A DNA stretch of 64,000 nt from Guillardia theta CCMP2712 (taxonomy: Eukaryota > Protista > Cryptophyta), in assembly GCF_000315625.1 (NCBI RefSeq), contig NW_005434657.1:83539-147538 (forward strand), read 5' to 3'. Positions 12,141-23,885 of the stretch are shown here, piece after piece; positions within the stretch are counted from its first letter, which is position 1, and the number at the start of each line of letters is the position of its first letter. The notes below the pieces were generated by a model. It saw nothing but the letters and a program-made list of their open reading frames with translations. It was not told where the DNA came from and searched no databases. A program made the translations under genes and the position numbers.

Positions 12141-15100
12141 TCAAGTCGCCTCGCTCTTTCCTGGGAGGAAGTCGGAGTCCTTAGGAAGCTGCTTGCCCTC
12201 GTTGAACTCGGCGACGACCCACACGCTGGCCCCATCCTGAAAGCACGTCCTGTACTTGATGGAAGAACGGGAGTCCTTGGAGAGCAGCTTGTTGAGGCGC
12301 TGCTTGAGAACTGGTACGGGGACACCTGACTTCTCGATCTTCTTGAGGTTCAGCTTCTTCACCATGTACAAGACTCCGTCATTCTTGTGCTTCATAGAGA
12401 AAGTCTTGCCCAAGGAAGTTTCCTCAAGGACCGCGGACGAGCTGCTTTCCGGTCAAAAACATCGCGTGCATACAAGGTGGTTACCTGTCCTCGGGGTCGG
12501 GATGATACTCTAGTGAATCAAGAGAAGCAGACAGCTGATGTGGTTTCAACCACTCGGCAGTCTTGTCCATGAGGTGCAAAGCAGCTTCTGACTTGCGCTT
12601 CTTGGCGGCTGCGAGGTCTACAGACGTCATGTCATGCCACAAGAAGGCAAGCTGCTTGCTCTTGTTCGAGCCAGCGCTAGATCGGATGGAGATTTGCAAT
12701 TGGCAATTCACAGCATTGCGTTCCTCGGCAGACAGCTTGAGGGCGGTGGAAGTTCTCAGGAGAGAAGTCTGGATCTCTTTCGCAACAAGGCCTGAGTTGT
12801 CCTCATCCCCCAAAGCAAGAGCAGATTTCATGGAAGCTTGCACAGAGGCAAAGACGTCAGACTTCATCAATTGAGCGATATCCTTGCCCTCGATGTCCTT
12901 CTTTTGACAGTCAAGCAACTTTGTCAATGCCTCGTTGCAAGAGATCACAGTGCCATCTTGGACAATTGCCATCGGGCCATCTACAGCCTCGAGAACAACA
13001 CCGTCGTCTTTCCTTCCCGAACCAACAACAGCATTGACAACGGAAGCAAAAGCCTTGGCAGCGCGAAGGTCACTGCTATTCCAGGCCACGCACGTGGCCT
13101 CGACCTTCTCGGCAAATGGAGTGTAGTCGTGTCTTGGATGCATAGTACCCATTGGCTCATTCCAAATAGCCTTGACTTTGGGGTTGCCAGCCCAACTGAC
13201 CGTGTGCAAGTTCTCAGGGCGGAAGAGAAGGATCATGCTGCTTTCCAGAATTGGGATGCAAATGCAGCCAGCTGCCTTTCGAAGTGAGTTGCTGTCTAGA
13301 TCAGGAATAATGTCCCGTAGCGAGTTAAAGGCCTGTAAGATATTAATTGGCACGTTCGAGTCTCCATATGAGAGTAATACCTGCACTTGTCTTTCTGAGG
13401 ACTGTGCAAATCGCTTCTTCAAAGCCTCAACGATCTTGAAGATTGAATCCTGTGAAGGGAGATCTCCGATGGTCATGAGCTCATTCTGATGATAAATCGC
13501 AGAGCCTAGCCTTGACGTCAAATTGAACCCAACTTCAAAGAATGTACCTTGAAGATCCTCTACAATGTCAGAAACATTTGGGATACCTTCAACCAGTCCT
13601 GCAAGCTTTCCATCGCACATCTTCTTGAAAAGTTGATCGAAAATACTGAAGATTCTTTGGTATTCCATGTGAGATTTCTTCTCATGAACCTTGAGGAGCT
13701 CCAATGTGTAGGCATCGGTCAAGGCAGAGACGGCAACTCTCATCTGAATTGAAGGATGCTTAGCTTGCAAGCTGTGCCCTACCAGCATAGCGTGGAAAGT
13801 GTCCTTTAGGACGATTGGATACGTAATGGAGCTACGCATTCCCCACGCCTATGTATGAGTTAGGCAGTTCCTGAATCGATGGTTCACTGACCCCAAGCTG
13901 CTCCAAATAGCAGCGATGTGATGCTCGGAGAAGGGAAGCACCAAGATTGATATGTTCTCGCTCCAAGTTTGGATCGTTCTGAAGCAATGGCTACTCAGAT
14001 ATGGAAACGGTTTTCTTCATCGGAACATCAGAACAAGACACACGGACTTACGGAAATGATTTTGGCCGGATTCGCTCCTGCGTCATTCACGGTGCTGAAT
14101 CGGATTTTCAAGAACCGCATTCGAACACTTGGGCTCAGGATTTCCTAAACCGCATTTTTAGATCCAGCTCACAAGCACCCAAGAAGTACTTCAGGCCACC
14201 GAAGTCCTTGCCATGAATCTTTGACCACCTTGACCTGTAAAACAATTAATACAATAAAGAAGGTTTCAAGCATTCATTACCCTCCTTTCAGCCTCGACCA
14301 TGGAAGTGCCATCTTCGTAGAAATTGCCCACAAACATGCGATCATAACCCATGATTTTGAAGGCATCCCAGCACAACTGGAAACATACATCCTGATCACA
14401 AACGAGTAGGCAAGAATGATTGATAGATCATACTTGTTGACTCAATTCCAATGGAGTGTGACAGAGGTCTAGGTTCTTGATCGCCACACGAACTTTTGCG
14501 TTGGTCTCAACAAAATCATCACAAGGGTCCAATTCCTCCTGAAAAAATTGAACAAAGAGTCACGCAAAATCTGCAAGGATTTCTTTGCAAAACTTACGAT
14601 GTCTGCAACAAAACCGAACGAGCTTTTGGACAAAACCATATTGACCATCATGCATTGTCCGGGATTAGCTGAAATTGCATATATTATGATTCAAAGAAAG
14701 TTTCAACTTTCTCACCAGAATGCGCGACGGAAAGGGTCACAGGATTTACCAATTGCCCAATTCCATTCAACGAATTGACGGAACTCTCGATACGATGTTT
14801 TTCTTCAAACAAATCCAGAAACGATTTTCCCCTAAAGCACCAATGAGACAAGAAAACGCTCTTTCAAAACCTCTATACAAGAGATCCTGCGCCTTCGCCG
14901 GGAAAAGAATTTCTGCATTTTCACTGCAGGCCTTGATCTTCAGAGAGCCATCGTCATGAAGCAAGAAAAAGACTCCATGAGGCTGAACTGCTCCTGCATA
15001 ATCAAGAACCCTACAGAACAGGAAAAGATCTTCATCAAAGAATATTACAATTCAGTCTGTCCTCCACCTGCAATATTCGTGGATTTGCATGGTAGAAGGG

Positions 15101-15293
15101 ATTCGGCTGTCATCTGCATGGATTCCTGCTAAGATTGTGAGCGAGAAGTCTGGCAAGGCTTTCTTGAATGACCTCCATACTCCTTGGAGATCCCCTTAGC
15201 AAAAGGTTCGCTGGATACAAGTCAGAGATCATGTCCAGCATTGAATACACCTGCTCACCTCACACGAACGTCAGGCTGAAGAGAAGCAGCCAT
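12141..15293 (-). CDS. Phytochrome-eukaryotic kinase hybrid (cryptophyte PEK-like): nPAS-GAF-PHY-PAS-truncated Ser/Thr kinase N-lobe; 13 exons
   Basis: Spliced translation: GAVQPHG..KIKACSENA..LLGKSFLDLF (nPAS); GYDRMFVGNFYEDG..SWQGLRWPE..LLRASHRCY..MLVGHS (GAF, Cys codon 13910-13912); LFRPENLHTVSWAGNP..MHPRHDY..AWNSSDL (PHY tongue); GTVISCNEALTKLL..IEGKDI (PAS); LGKTFSMKHKNDGVLYMVKKL..IKYRTCFQDGASVWVVAEF (kinase N-lobe and hinge), then stop. Confidence 0.92.
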
Positions 15294-15714
15294 GGTACTC
15301 GTGAGATTCTGGAGAGAGTTCATCTGAAGTGCACGAGTAAGCTTTCGATGATTCCCCGATGAGGAAGAGTCATCAGGACGAGAGGGGATCATGGGAATGA
15401 GGAAGCATGCATGATGAAACAAGGAAAGCAAGGCTGGTTGACGCCTAGCGTCCTAATAATGGGTGAAATGCTGGGTCAGGAGCAGCTAAAACGTGCTACT
15501 GGAACAAAGCCTCCAAACTTGCAGGAGCAACATAGAATGGAGTTGACATGAGATCATTGCAGGTTCAGACAAGACATGCTGATGCGGAAAGGAGAAGAAG
15601 ATGCATTGACGGCACTGGAGGCGTCAGAGCTGCAGGAAGACAGAAGGGGGGAGGATGCGACGAGTTGCGGGTTGGACATGCCGGGGGTCGCAGGAGGGTC
15701 GGAACTAGCACAGG

Positions 15715-16412
15715 AGGTAGGGTCATTACAACCAGGGGTACTGATCGAAAGGTGGGGTACAAAAGTGAATCGAGCAGATCGCAGTCTGAAGTCAGAGGTG
15801 AAAGGGGTGATAAATACAGTTAAAAGTACCGGTAATACATGAAGTAAGAAAAGGTCAGTTGTTGAAGTTGGGTGGGTGATGTTTCAAGAGGGGGTAGTGG
15901 TCATGCAAGGGGGGTTGAGGGTACCGAGGAGCAAGGCGTAACCATCTACTACCCCACCTCTACATATTCGATTCATTCAGAGGGTGGGGTACATTTACTT
16001 GGAGTGATGCCTGAGGCGAGCTTGAATCAATTTTTTTCTTTTGTTTTTGTTTTCTTTTGTTTTTGTTTTCTTTTGTTTTTTGTTTCTTTTACAGATGTTG
16101 TCCGTCGGGTTTTGGCCGAAATAATACACTCCCCCGTGAAACACCCCCACCCCCCTGTCGTCGCCCCACCCCCACCACATATCCATACTGTGATAGTAAA
16201 CTACCCCATCTTTAGAGGTAGTAAAGTCGATGACCACCACCCCCTGACTGACGACCCCTTATCCCCTCAAGCGGTGTGGGAGACAGTTGATCGGAGGAAA
16301 AAAGAAAAAGTTAACAGTGACGAGAAGGGTGGGTCATATTTTGAAATACCACCGGTGATTTACTCGTACTTTGGAGGGGTGAAGCGCTCATAAGGCCTCA
16401 CCCCTACCCCCT
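15715..16412. promoter_or_regulatory. Divergent intergenic region with dense GGGGT/ACCCC motif clusters (putative bidirectional promoter, G-quadruplex-prone)
   Basis: Lies between the phytochrome ATG (15293, -) and the EF-hand gene ATG (16486, +); many G4-5T tracts on both strands. Confidence 0.45.
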
Positions 16413-16485
16413 TGAAACAGACCATGACCATCCCGCCCTCCATATACGTGCCGCATCGTCCTTGTAAGTGCTGTACAACGGCGCA

Positions 16486-17969
16486 ATGGCACAGCTCCGT
16501 TGTCCTTTCGCACCCTCCTCCTCCTCCTCCTCCTCCTCTCTCCTCGTTCTTCTGGCCTGTGCCCTCCCTGCTGTCTCAGCTTTCCATGCTCCATGCCCCT
16601 TGGGCCTCAGGCCGAATGTTGTGTCTTCGTTCAAAAACGTCATGAGGAGTCATCGGCGAGACGCCTGTCATGCCTTGAGAGCCTCTTCCAAGCCCCTCCT
16701 GAGTGATCAGCAGAAGCAGCACACAGCAGAGAGATTGGGAGGCATGTCGAGGTGCTTGAGCTTCGGCATGCTGGAGGCATGGGGGTGCTGACGTTTGTGC
16801 AGGGGGGAGGTACAGCACATCTTCGAGGATGTCGATCGGGACGGCAACGGCATGATCACGATGGACGAGCTCGACTTCCTCGTCCCCTACTTCAGCGACT
16901 CTCATGAATGGACCCCGACCTACAAGAAAACTCTCTTCAATGACATCGACAAATCACAGAACGGAAGCATCGATAGCGAAGAGGTAGGCCTCCTCCTCCC
17001 TCCTCCCTCCTCTTTCTCCATTGTCTTTCATCGCCTCTCGATGCTGATGGTTCTTCTCAGTTCTATGACTGGATGGTGTTCAATGCGGAAGCGGAAGGAG
17101 GAGAGGGGCTGGGCTCTAAGGTGCTCAAGAAGAGAGCCGAGCGGCTGGTGATCGGCGACGGTGTCATTCCCCCCCACCTGCTCACCCTGCTCGATGACTT
17201 CGGCACTGGGGGGATCGTACAGAAGGTAACTCATCCCCTCCACTCGGCGTTCGGCCGTTCTCTGCGCGAGCACTTCATCTCTTGCTACGTGCTCTTGGAG
17301 CAGTGGGGCAACCCCAAGGAGGTGGTGGAGGCCGGGCTGTTCCATGCCCTGTACCAGCGCGGAGATGGCATGCGAGCGGTGAACGCGGACGAGACTCGCC
17401 CGATGCTGCAGGAGAAGTTGGGGAAAGACGTCGAGGAGCTCATCTACTTGTTCCCCTCCGCTCACAAGTCGGCCTATGAGCCCGACGGGCTGCTGCACGC
17501 TCCTCTCGGGGAAGTCGTGACGGTCAAGAACGTGCTGACCGGAGGCGTCGTGAGCTTCGACGAGGTGAAGAGGAAGAAGCTCGTCGAGCTCGAGGTGGTC
17601 AACTCGCACGATCAGAACGTGCTGGAGAACGTTGACCCGGTTCACAACCTCTGGTCCTTCTACCAGCATGCCACAGTCATGCCGTTACTCTCTGCTCCTG
17701 CCCAGCAGACGATCAAGGAGTTCTTGAAGCGCTCCTACGGGGCCTCTTGCGCGAACATCGTCAAGTGGCATGAGGGCAGGTTCAAGGAGACTGGGAAGCC
17801 GATCCCCGACAACTGGGAGAGGCATCTCGACATGTTCCGACCTGGAGGACGCTACCTCCTTGTTGAGGAGGAGCTGCATCATGCGGACAAGAATGGAGAC
17901 GGCGAGATCGACTGGAAGGAATTCACCGAGTTCCTCTCCTCCAAGTTCAGGACGTGCCATGGCAAATGA
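16486..17969 (+). CDS. Plastid-targeted EF-hand protein with a central DUF6817-like (HD-fold-related) domain; 3 exons
   Basis: Bipartite presequence LLVLLACALPAVSA-FHAP plus a Ser/Arg-rich transit peptide; canonical EF loops DRDGNGMITMDE, DKSQNGSIDSEE and C-terminal DKNGDGEIDWKE; HSAFGRSLREHF..LLEQWG..AGLFHALY..LGKDVEELIYLF matches the DUF6817 pattern as I recall it. Confidence 0.8.
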
Positions 17970-18048
17970 AGTTTACAAGCTACTGCACGCAGGAGCTCGG
18001 AGCGATAATAAACTACTCTACACTCAACCCTTTTTAGCTGCAGCCCGC

Positions 18049-21000
18049 TCACGCTGGAAGCATGCTGCATGGCATTAGGCAGAGCTCCTGCCCCTCCGGC
18101 ATGTGGTCCTCCGCCCCCAGCTGCGCGATGTCCCAGTTCAAGGACAGGATCGTCTTCACCGTCGTCCTGAAGCGACTTGCCACGTCACTGAGCATCTCGT
18201 GCCTCTTAGTCTGGTAAGTGACGCCTACGAAGAACAGGCCGTCGGTCTTGGAGCTCACGATCGCGTCCGGGTTGCGGATCAGCGTGCTGTTGACCCCGTT
18301 GACGTTGCCGTTGAGCGCCCAGATCCTCAGCCAGTTCATGTCTGACGCGAAACTCCGCATGACCTGGGACGAGGATGAGACGAAGACAGGAGGGAACAAC
18401 ACAAGGGAGGAGGAGGTGGTGGAGAGCGGAGGGGAAGGGGAAGAGGAAGGGACGAGAGGAGGGCGGGGGCTGCTGAGGAACTACCTTGATGAGCGTGTCC
18501 TGAGCTTCGAAGCAGTAGCGACATCTCACAATGGTCAGCGTCATGCAGCTGGTCGCCTGGTTGCAGAGCCCTCCCATGCAGTCGGCATCCGACCCGCATG
18601 CAGCGCCCGGCTGAGCTCCACCGCTGCAGGACCGGCCGAGGGAGCGGATGCTGAAGACATCTCGCGCTTGGATGCAGACCTTGAACGACATCCCCTCGAT
18701 ACCCCTGCACTACTGTCAGCACTTCCCCAGCAGCTACAGCAGTCCTTGCCTCTGCGGGATCCACACGAGGTGGCTGGAGGTAGTGCACTGACTTGTACCC
18801 ATGATGCAGCCGGCTGTCGGGGGAGCAGAGGACGTCAAGACGGCTCCGTCCGGCAGCCCGTCGGTCTCGATGACGAGGGGATAGTTGCCAGTGTAGGCGC
18901 CGGGGACACGCGTGCTAGCTGAAGTGTCAAGCCGGACGAGAAGGTAGTGGTCTGACCTTTCTGTGGTGTCGTCCACCTGGAGCAGCAGCTGGGTCCTGCA
19001 GCCGACAAACGCGTCGATTCGTGTGAAGAGGTTGGAAGTCTCCGGGCGCCAAGTGAGCTGGGGGAGAACGACCTGAGAAAAGCGCGTGAGGGGGAGGGCG
19101 GGAGGGAAGGGGGCGCAGTCAAGACCTCGAAGACGACGCAGTGAACTTCAGAGTACCAGCCATAGACCGTCGCGTCTCTGATCCCCCGGTTCGCACACCT
19201 GACTCGATTGTCATCCGACGGTTCGCACGTTCCTCTCACTCACCCCGTGCTGTCGTCCCTCGCCGTCATGCACACTCGATACGCTTTGCCCGCATCCTCC
19301 GGCAGCGCCTTGTACTCCACCTGCCGCCTGGCCCGCGAGCAGGAGGAGGCCGTGTCGTTCTGCAGGGCAGAAGTCCACTTCTGCTTGGGGTACACAGTCG
19401 GGTCGATGACGTCAGCAGCTCGGCACATGGACGAGTCTTGGAGGCGTGGGATGCAGGTGGAGCGAGAGATGCGCATGTTCTTGATTGACCCGGGGTTCTC
19501 AAGGAGGAAAATCTTGATGCGGTCCCAGGGCTCCGGGTCCTGCGCGACGAAGGTGACGGACTTGCTCTCGTTGGCTGCTATCCTGATCCTCTTGTACGCT
19601 GCCTCCACGTACTCCCCGTTGATGGACGTCGGAGCGAAGGAACTCTTGGTCATGTCAAGCCACGCCTGGTTGAAGGGAGACTCCATCCCTCCTGCGTCGG
19701 TCACGAACACCGGTGGTGCCTGAAGTCGGATCTTCCAGCAGACCTGCTGGGAGACCTGGTCGCCGTTGTCGTGCAGCCTCTGCCAGGGGTACCTGTCGTC
19801 CCCGTTGGGGTCTGTGCTGCCGACCCATCGCCCGTACCTCCACCTGCTGTCATCGTAGGCTGCTGCACACACCACCTGGTCCACGTTGGACCGGATCTCT
19901 CGGCAGCTCTGCCCGCAGCTCTGCAGGAAGCTCGAGAGCCCGTTGCTCTTGACGAGGTCCAACGTGTACGAGACGGCGAGGTACGGCTTCTGCACCAGCT
20001 TGATGCTGGACACGTACGACGAGTAGAGCGTCTTGATCTTGTTGCAGGTGGGATCAGTGCAGGAGCTCTGCTGGACGGGAGCAATGGTCGTCTGCGCGGC
20101 ATTGTCTCCGACCCGCGCAGCTCCGTAGCCTTGGAAGCTCCCGCAATTACCCGGAAGCGACTGAATCGGAGCAGAGGAGAAGAAATTGGCGTTCCACCGC
20201 CCGCCGTTCTCGATGTAGTTGCTGATGCCATCTGAGCACTCGTCAGTCCCTTCACCTCTCAGACTCCTCAGCATCTCCGCGCTTGCCTGGAAGCTCACGG
20301 TCGATGTCCGGGTCCACCACGTGAATCCTAACGTCATCGCCATCAGGGTCAGAGGCTGAGATGTTCAGCAGGATGGGAGCGCCAGAGCACGCGAACACGT
20401 CCATGCGCTGACACACGTCAGCACTCGCTCAACCTCCTCCCTCCCGCCTTACCTGCGGCACAAGCAACCCGTTGTCGTCGTAGGAGGGAGCAGCTTGCAT
20501 GGAGGAGAGTGTGGAGTCGAAAACTGGAGGGTTTCCTTGGAACTTGAACTTGACGCAGTAAGGAAGCGAGCGGCAGGAGCACCTCTCTCTCTGCGACTGG
20601 CACGCGGCCTACCCTCATCTCAGTCGCTTCTTGTCAAACTTCCGCTCCTCTCACCGCATCGTGCACGTCGTAGGCGACGAAGCAGCGCGTGATAATCTTT
20701 CCTTGCACCTGAGACGATCTTAGCGGATGACACCCTCGCACTTCGGAATACCGAGGGAAGGTATCCGTCCGTCAAGAGCCTCTCAGTCGTGTCAAGCGTG
20801 TAGGTGCACTGCAACGATCCTGTTCCCACGCACGTCCACGTCTTGTCTCCGTTGCCCAGCGCCGACTCGATGCGGATGGTGTCCGTGGAGAGGCGGGTCC
20901 GGTCTTCCGTGCCGTCCGCGGCGATGGGGAAGTCAAGGGCGAAGAGGTCCATGCGGCAGGTGGTGGCGTAGGTACAGATGACTTCATGCACGAGATTCTT

Positions 21001-23389
21001 GGTCGCCCTGTTGATGTCCCTGACCAGCGATAAGTCACGACAGCACGAGGGCGAGGAGTCAGACGCACAGAGACGTGTAGAACTCTGGAGGCTGGTTGAG
21101 ACTTCCGGCGAAACAAGAAAATGTGGAGAAGATCTGTGAGCGATCAGCCATGGTACTCAACGATACTTGTCAAGGGACCTGCTGGGAGGATCCCGAGGCT
21201 TGAAAGGCCTTCTTGAAGGTGCTAGATGAATCCCTAGGACGCCTTTTCAGACCTCCTTCACAACACAATTTGCACATACAGGAAGGCAGGAACTTTGTAG
21301 TAATGATCTTCCAAGATGTCCCTGCCGCTGGCATCCAGGGGGTTGTCGATGTCAATGAAGGGGAAATCAACTGTTACAAGTTATCAGGTCAACCAGTTCA
21401 AGCAACCTTTGACAGACCTGCTGCAAGGGCATGTTGAGTGAAAAAGGACTGACGGGTGCTCGAGACGTTGTAGTATACGTACTCGACGTGGTTCTCTGCA
21501 GTCAGTGTTACTCATCCGACGGATCAAAGGGAGGAGGATGAAGGATGTCGTACCCGTGATGCCCTGTACCGGGACCCAATCAAAGTCGAACTTCAAGAAG
21601 CGTCCGGCCTGGTTGTATCCGTTGCGATCGAAGTCGAACATTTGTCGACAGGTGGACCATGTAGTGTTACACCATCCCTGATCCAATGTCATAACACATT
21701 CAAGTAATCGCTAGGAATCGCTCGTTGCCTGGATCGATTCTCCTCTGGTATTCTTGTACACACACTGGTCAATCAGTCAGTACACTGCAAAGTGTGTTGT
21801 TGAAGTCCTCCGACCTCAGAGTCTGACGAGCAGATCTTTCCCAAGGTCGGATACTGCATAGCCATGAGTTGGATCAACGGAACCCAATGAGCTCAACCTT
21901 GATGCCCTGCTCTCTCGGCAGAGTGCTTGGCTGCGTATAGCTCTGAGCATGGGTACAAATCTTGCTCGGCCAGTCGTAACTGCAAGACGGACAGGCCCTC
22001 GTGGTGTCGTTGGTACTTCCCAGCCAGCACTGGCAAGCCTCAAGTCAGTTTGACAATCCGAGGAAGGGCAGCAACCTTCAAGGCCTTGTCAGACGTCACA
22101 GAAGACGAGAAGCCTGCGGATTTCACAAGTCAATTCGACCAGGAACACGGGGTTTGTCCTTCATTGCATTATGAGCACCTGGACTGTAATAGGTCGTCAT
22201 GTGCCCATCAAAATCATAGATAGGAACAATGAAAGGAGGCTGTGGGATCGGATCAGATCGAAGAACGACGAAGCAGACCCTCAGACCTGTGATGCATTGA
22301 AGTTTTGGTTGCTGCTTGTCTTGTAGGTCTTGGACTTGTAGAGAGTCTTCGGGGTGATGGGGACCTCGATCATATAAGGAAGCCCAGAGACAGGGGCGAA
22401 GTAGTTGTTCACTGGGTTGATCGCACAACGCCATGAGTTTGATGTAGCAGTGCTTCGGCTGCATAGCGGGATGTAAGTTTCAAGTGCCGGGGAAAGCTTC
22501 TCCAGGTGTGCAAGGCCAGGGAACTTAGCCGAGAGCAGCGAGGGCAGCCAATACTTGTCATTTGAAGACGCGAAGCTGTAACTCAACTTGCCACCAGCTG
22601 CATCTCGGAAAAATCGAGTGGTGTGACTGCAGAGGTCAACTTGCCCGGTTGAAATCGAAAAGAAAACGCATCGCGGCAACAGAATGCCTTGGGTCACATC
22701 GATGGGGTTGCCATCAACAGTCATGAGGTAGGCGACCAACCCGACCACGTTGTCGTTGACTACGATCTGATGGCTCTTGACCCCGAACACAACGCTGCGG
22801 TAGTTCAGCTTCCTGCTCGTTTGAGTGGGATCATCAGAGTTCTGGACGGTGATGACTTGGAAATCATTCTCGATGCCGATCTTTGGAACAGTGCTACAAG
22901 AAAACAAACAACTTCAGTAGGAGCGAGTAGAAACATAAAACACAAGGTTTCATACCCAGTATCAATCCCGGAGTTTTGGAAATCGGTGCAAAGCACATTG
23001 TTGGTGTAAGTGCAAGTCCTTAGAGTTGCGTTGGCTGACCTCCCCCATAGATAGGGACACCTCTGATCGCCAGCGCCATACACGTTCCCGAGAGAGAGCT
23101 GACCCTGGTCGTCTGACACGATCGTCCTCACACAAAGAATTCCATGGACACTTGCTACTCCAGCGCCGTAGGCGTTGCAGACAACGTTCGTCCCTGCTGT
23201 ATAAGTGCAAAGTGGGTCGGTCTCAAAGGTCGAATAGAGCGCGAAGTTGACGAGCCTGGTACCGTCTGCGAATTTCTTGTCTATGTTCCACTGTAAACTC
23301 CCACCCAGAAGCGGCTTCATTTTCTGAGCTCGCAAGATGGGGACAAGGGACAGCAACACAAGGTAGCCTGCAAACAGCCGCACCTTCAT
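18049..23389 (-). CDS. Very large secreted Cys-rich protein with C-terminal tandem LysM domains
   Basis: Signal peptide MKVRLFAGYLVLLSLVPILRA; multiple exons; small Cys knot CSGGAQPGAACGSDADCMGGLC; LysM-like YCFEAQDTLIKV..NWLRIWALN..NPDAI and YQTKRHEMLSDVASRFRTTVKTILSLN..GQELCL. Confidence 0.75.
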
Positions 23390-23527
23390 GACTGTGTTCA
23401 GACTGAATCACTGAGCCATCATTCTGAGGGGCAGGCAACTGAGGGGAAAGAGAACGGAGTAGGAAGAGGAGGGGGATCGGAGAGAGGGAGGAGAGGAGAG
23501 CACGAAGACGAGGACGAGGGCGAGAAA

Positions 23528-23563
<36 letters not shown>

Positions 23564-23629
23564 TTGGCAGATCAGCGACAGATCTGAGAGTGACTCTCCG
23601 CCATGACGGCCAATGACCTCAAAAGCCAA

Positions 23630-23885
23630 GTGAGGGTGGGGAGGGTGTACTACCCAAATGGGGGTAGGAGGGGTAGGGTGATCAATTTTGCGAATCAAGG
23701 GGTGAGCATGCAGGGGAATACCGGGGTTCTATTAGTATAAAACAATGATGACTTGGGGGTAGGGTGATTTGGTTTCTTGGAAGATTTTGTGGGGTGGTTG
23801 ACTCTCAGGTAGGGTAAAGGGTGTGGTAGGTGGAGAATGGGTGGGGTGGTGGGAGAGGGGTGGTCAGTTATCAGGGCAGTGGTCA
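23630..23885. promoter_or_regulatory. G-rich motif cluster in divergent intergenic region
   Basis: CAAATGGGGGT at 23655; GGGGTAGGGTGAT at 23670 and 23756; many GGG tracts. Confidence 0.45.

Noticed and set aside
12141-12560. Histidine kinase or receiver output for the phytochrome
   Set aside because: No H-box, N/G boxes or receiver Asp motif; the sequence instead resembles an ePK N-lobe
15548-16393. ORFs 15548..15823, 15576..15842 and 15872..16393 as genes
   Set aside because: Low-complexity spacer/UTR sequence between divergent genes; no family resemblance
17028-20255. Long antisense and alternate-frame ORFs over the EF-hand and LysM genes (likewise at 56-59 kb)
   Set aside because: Shadow ORFs expected from GC-rich codon usage
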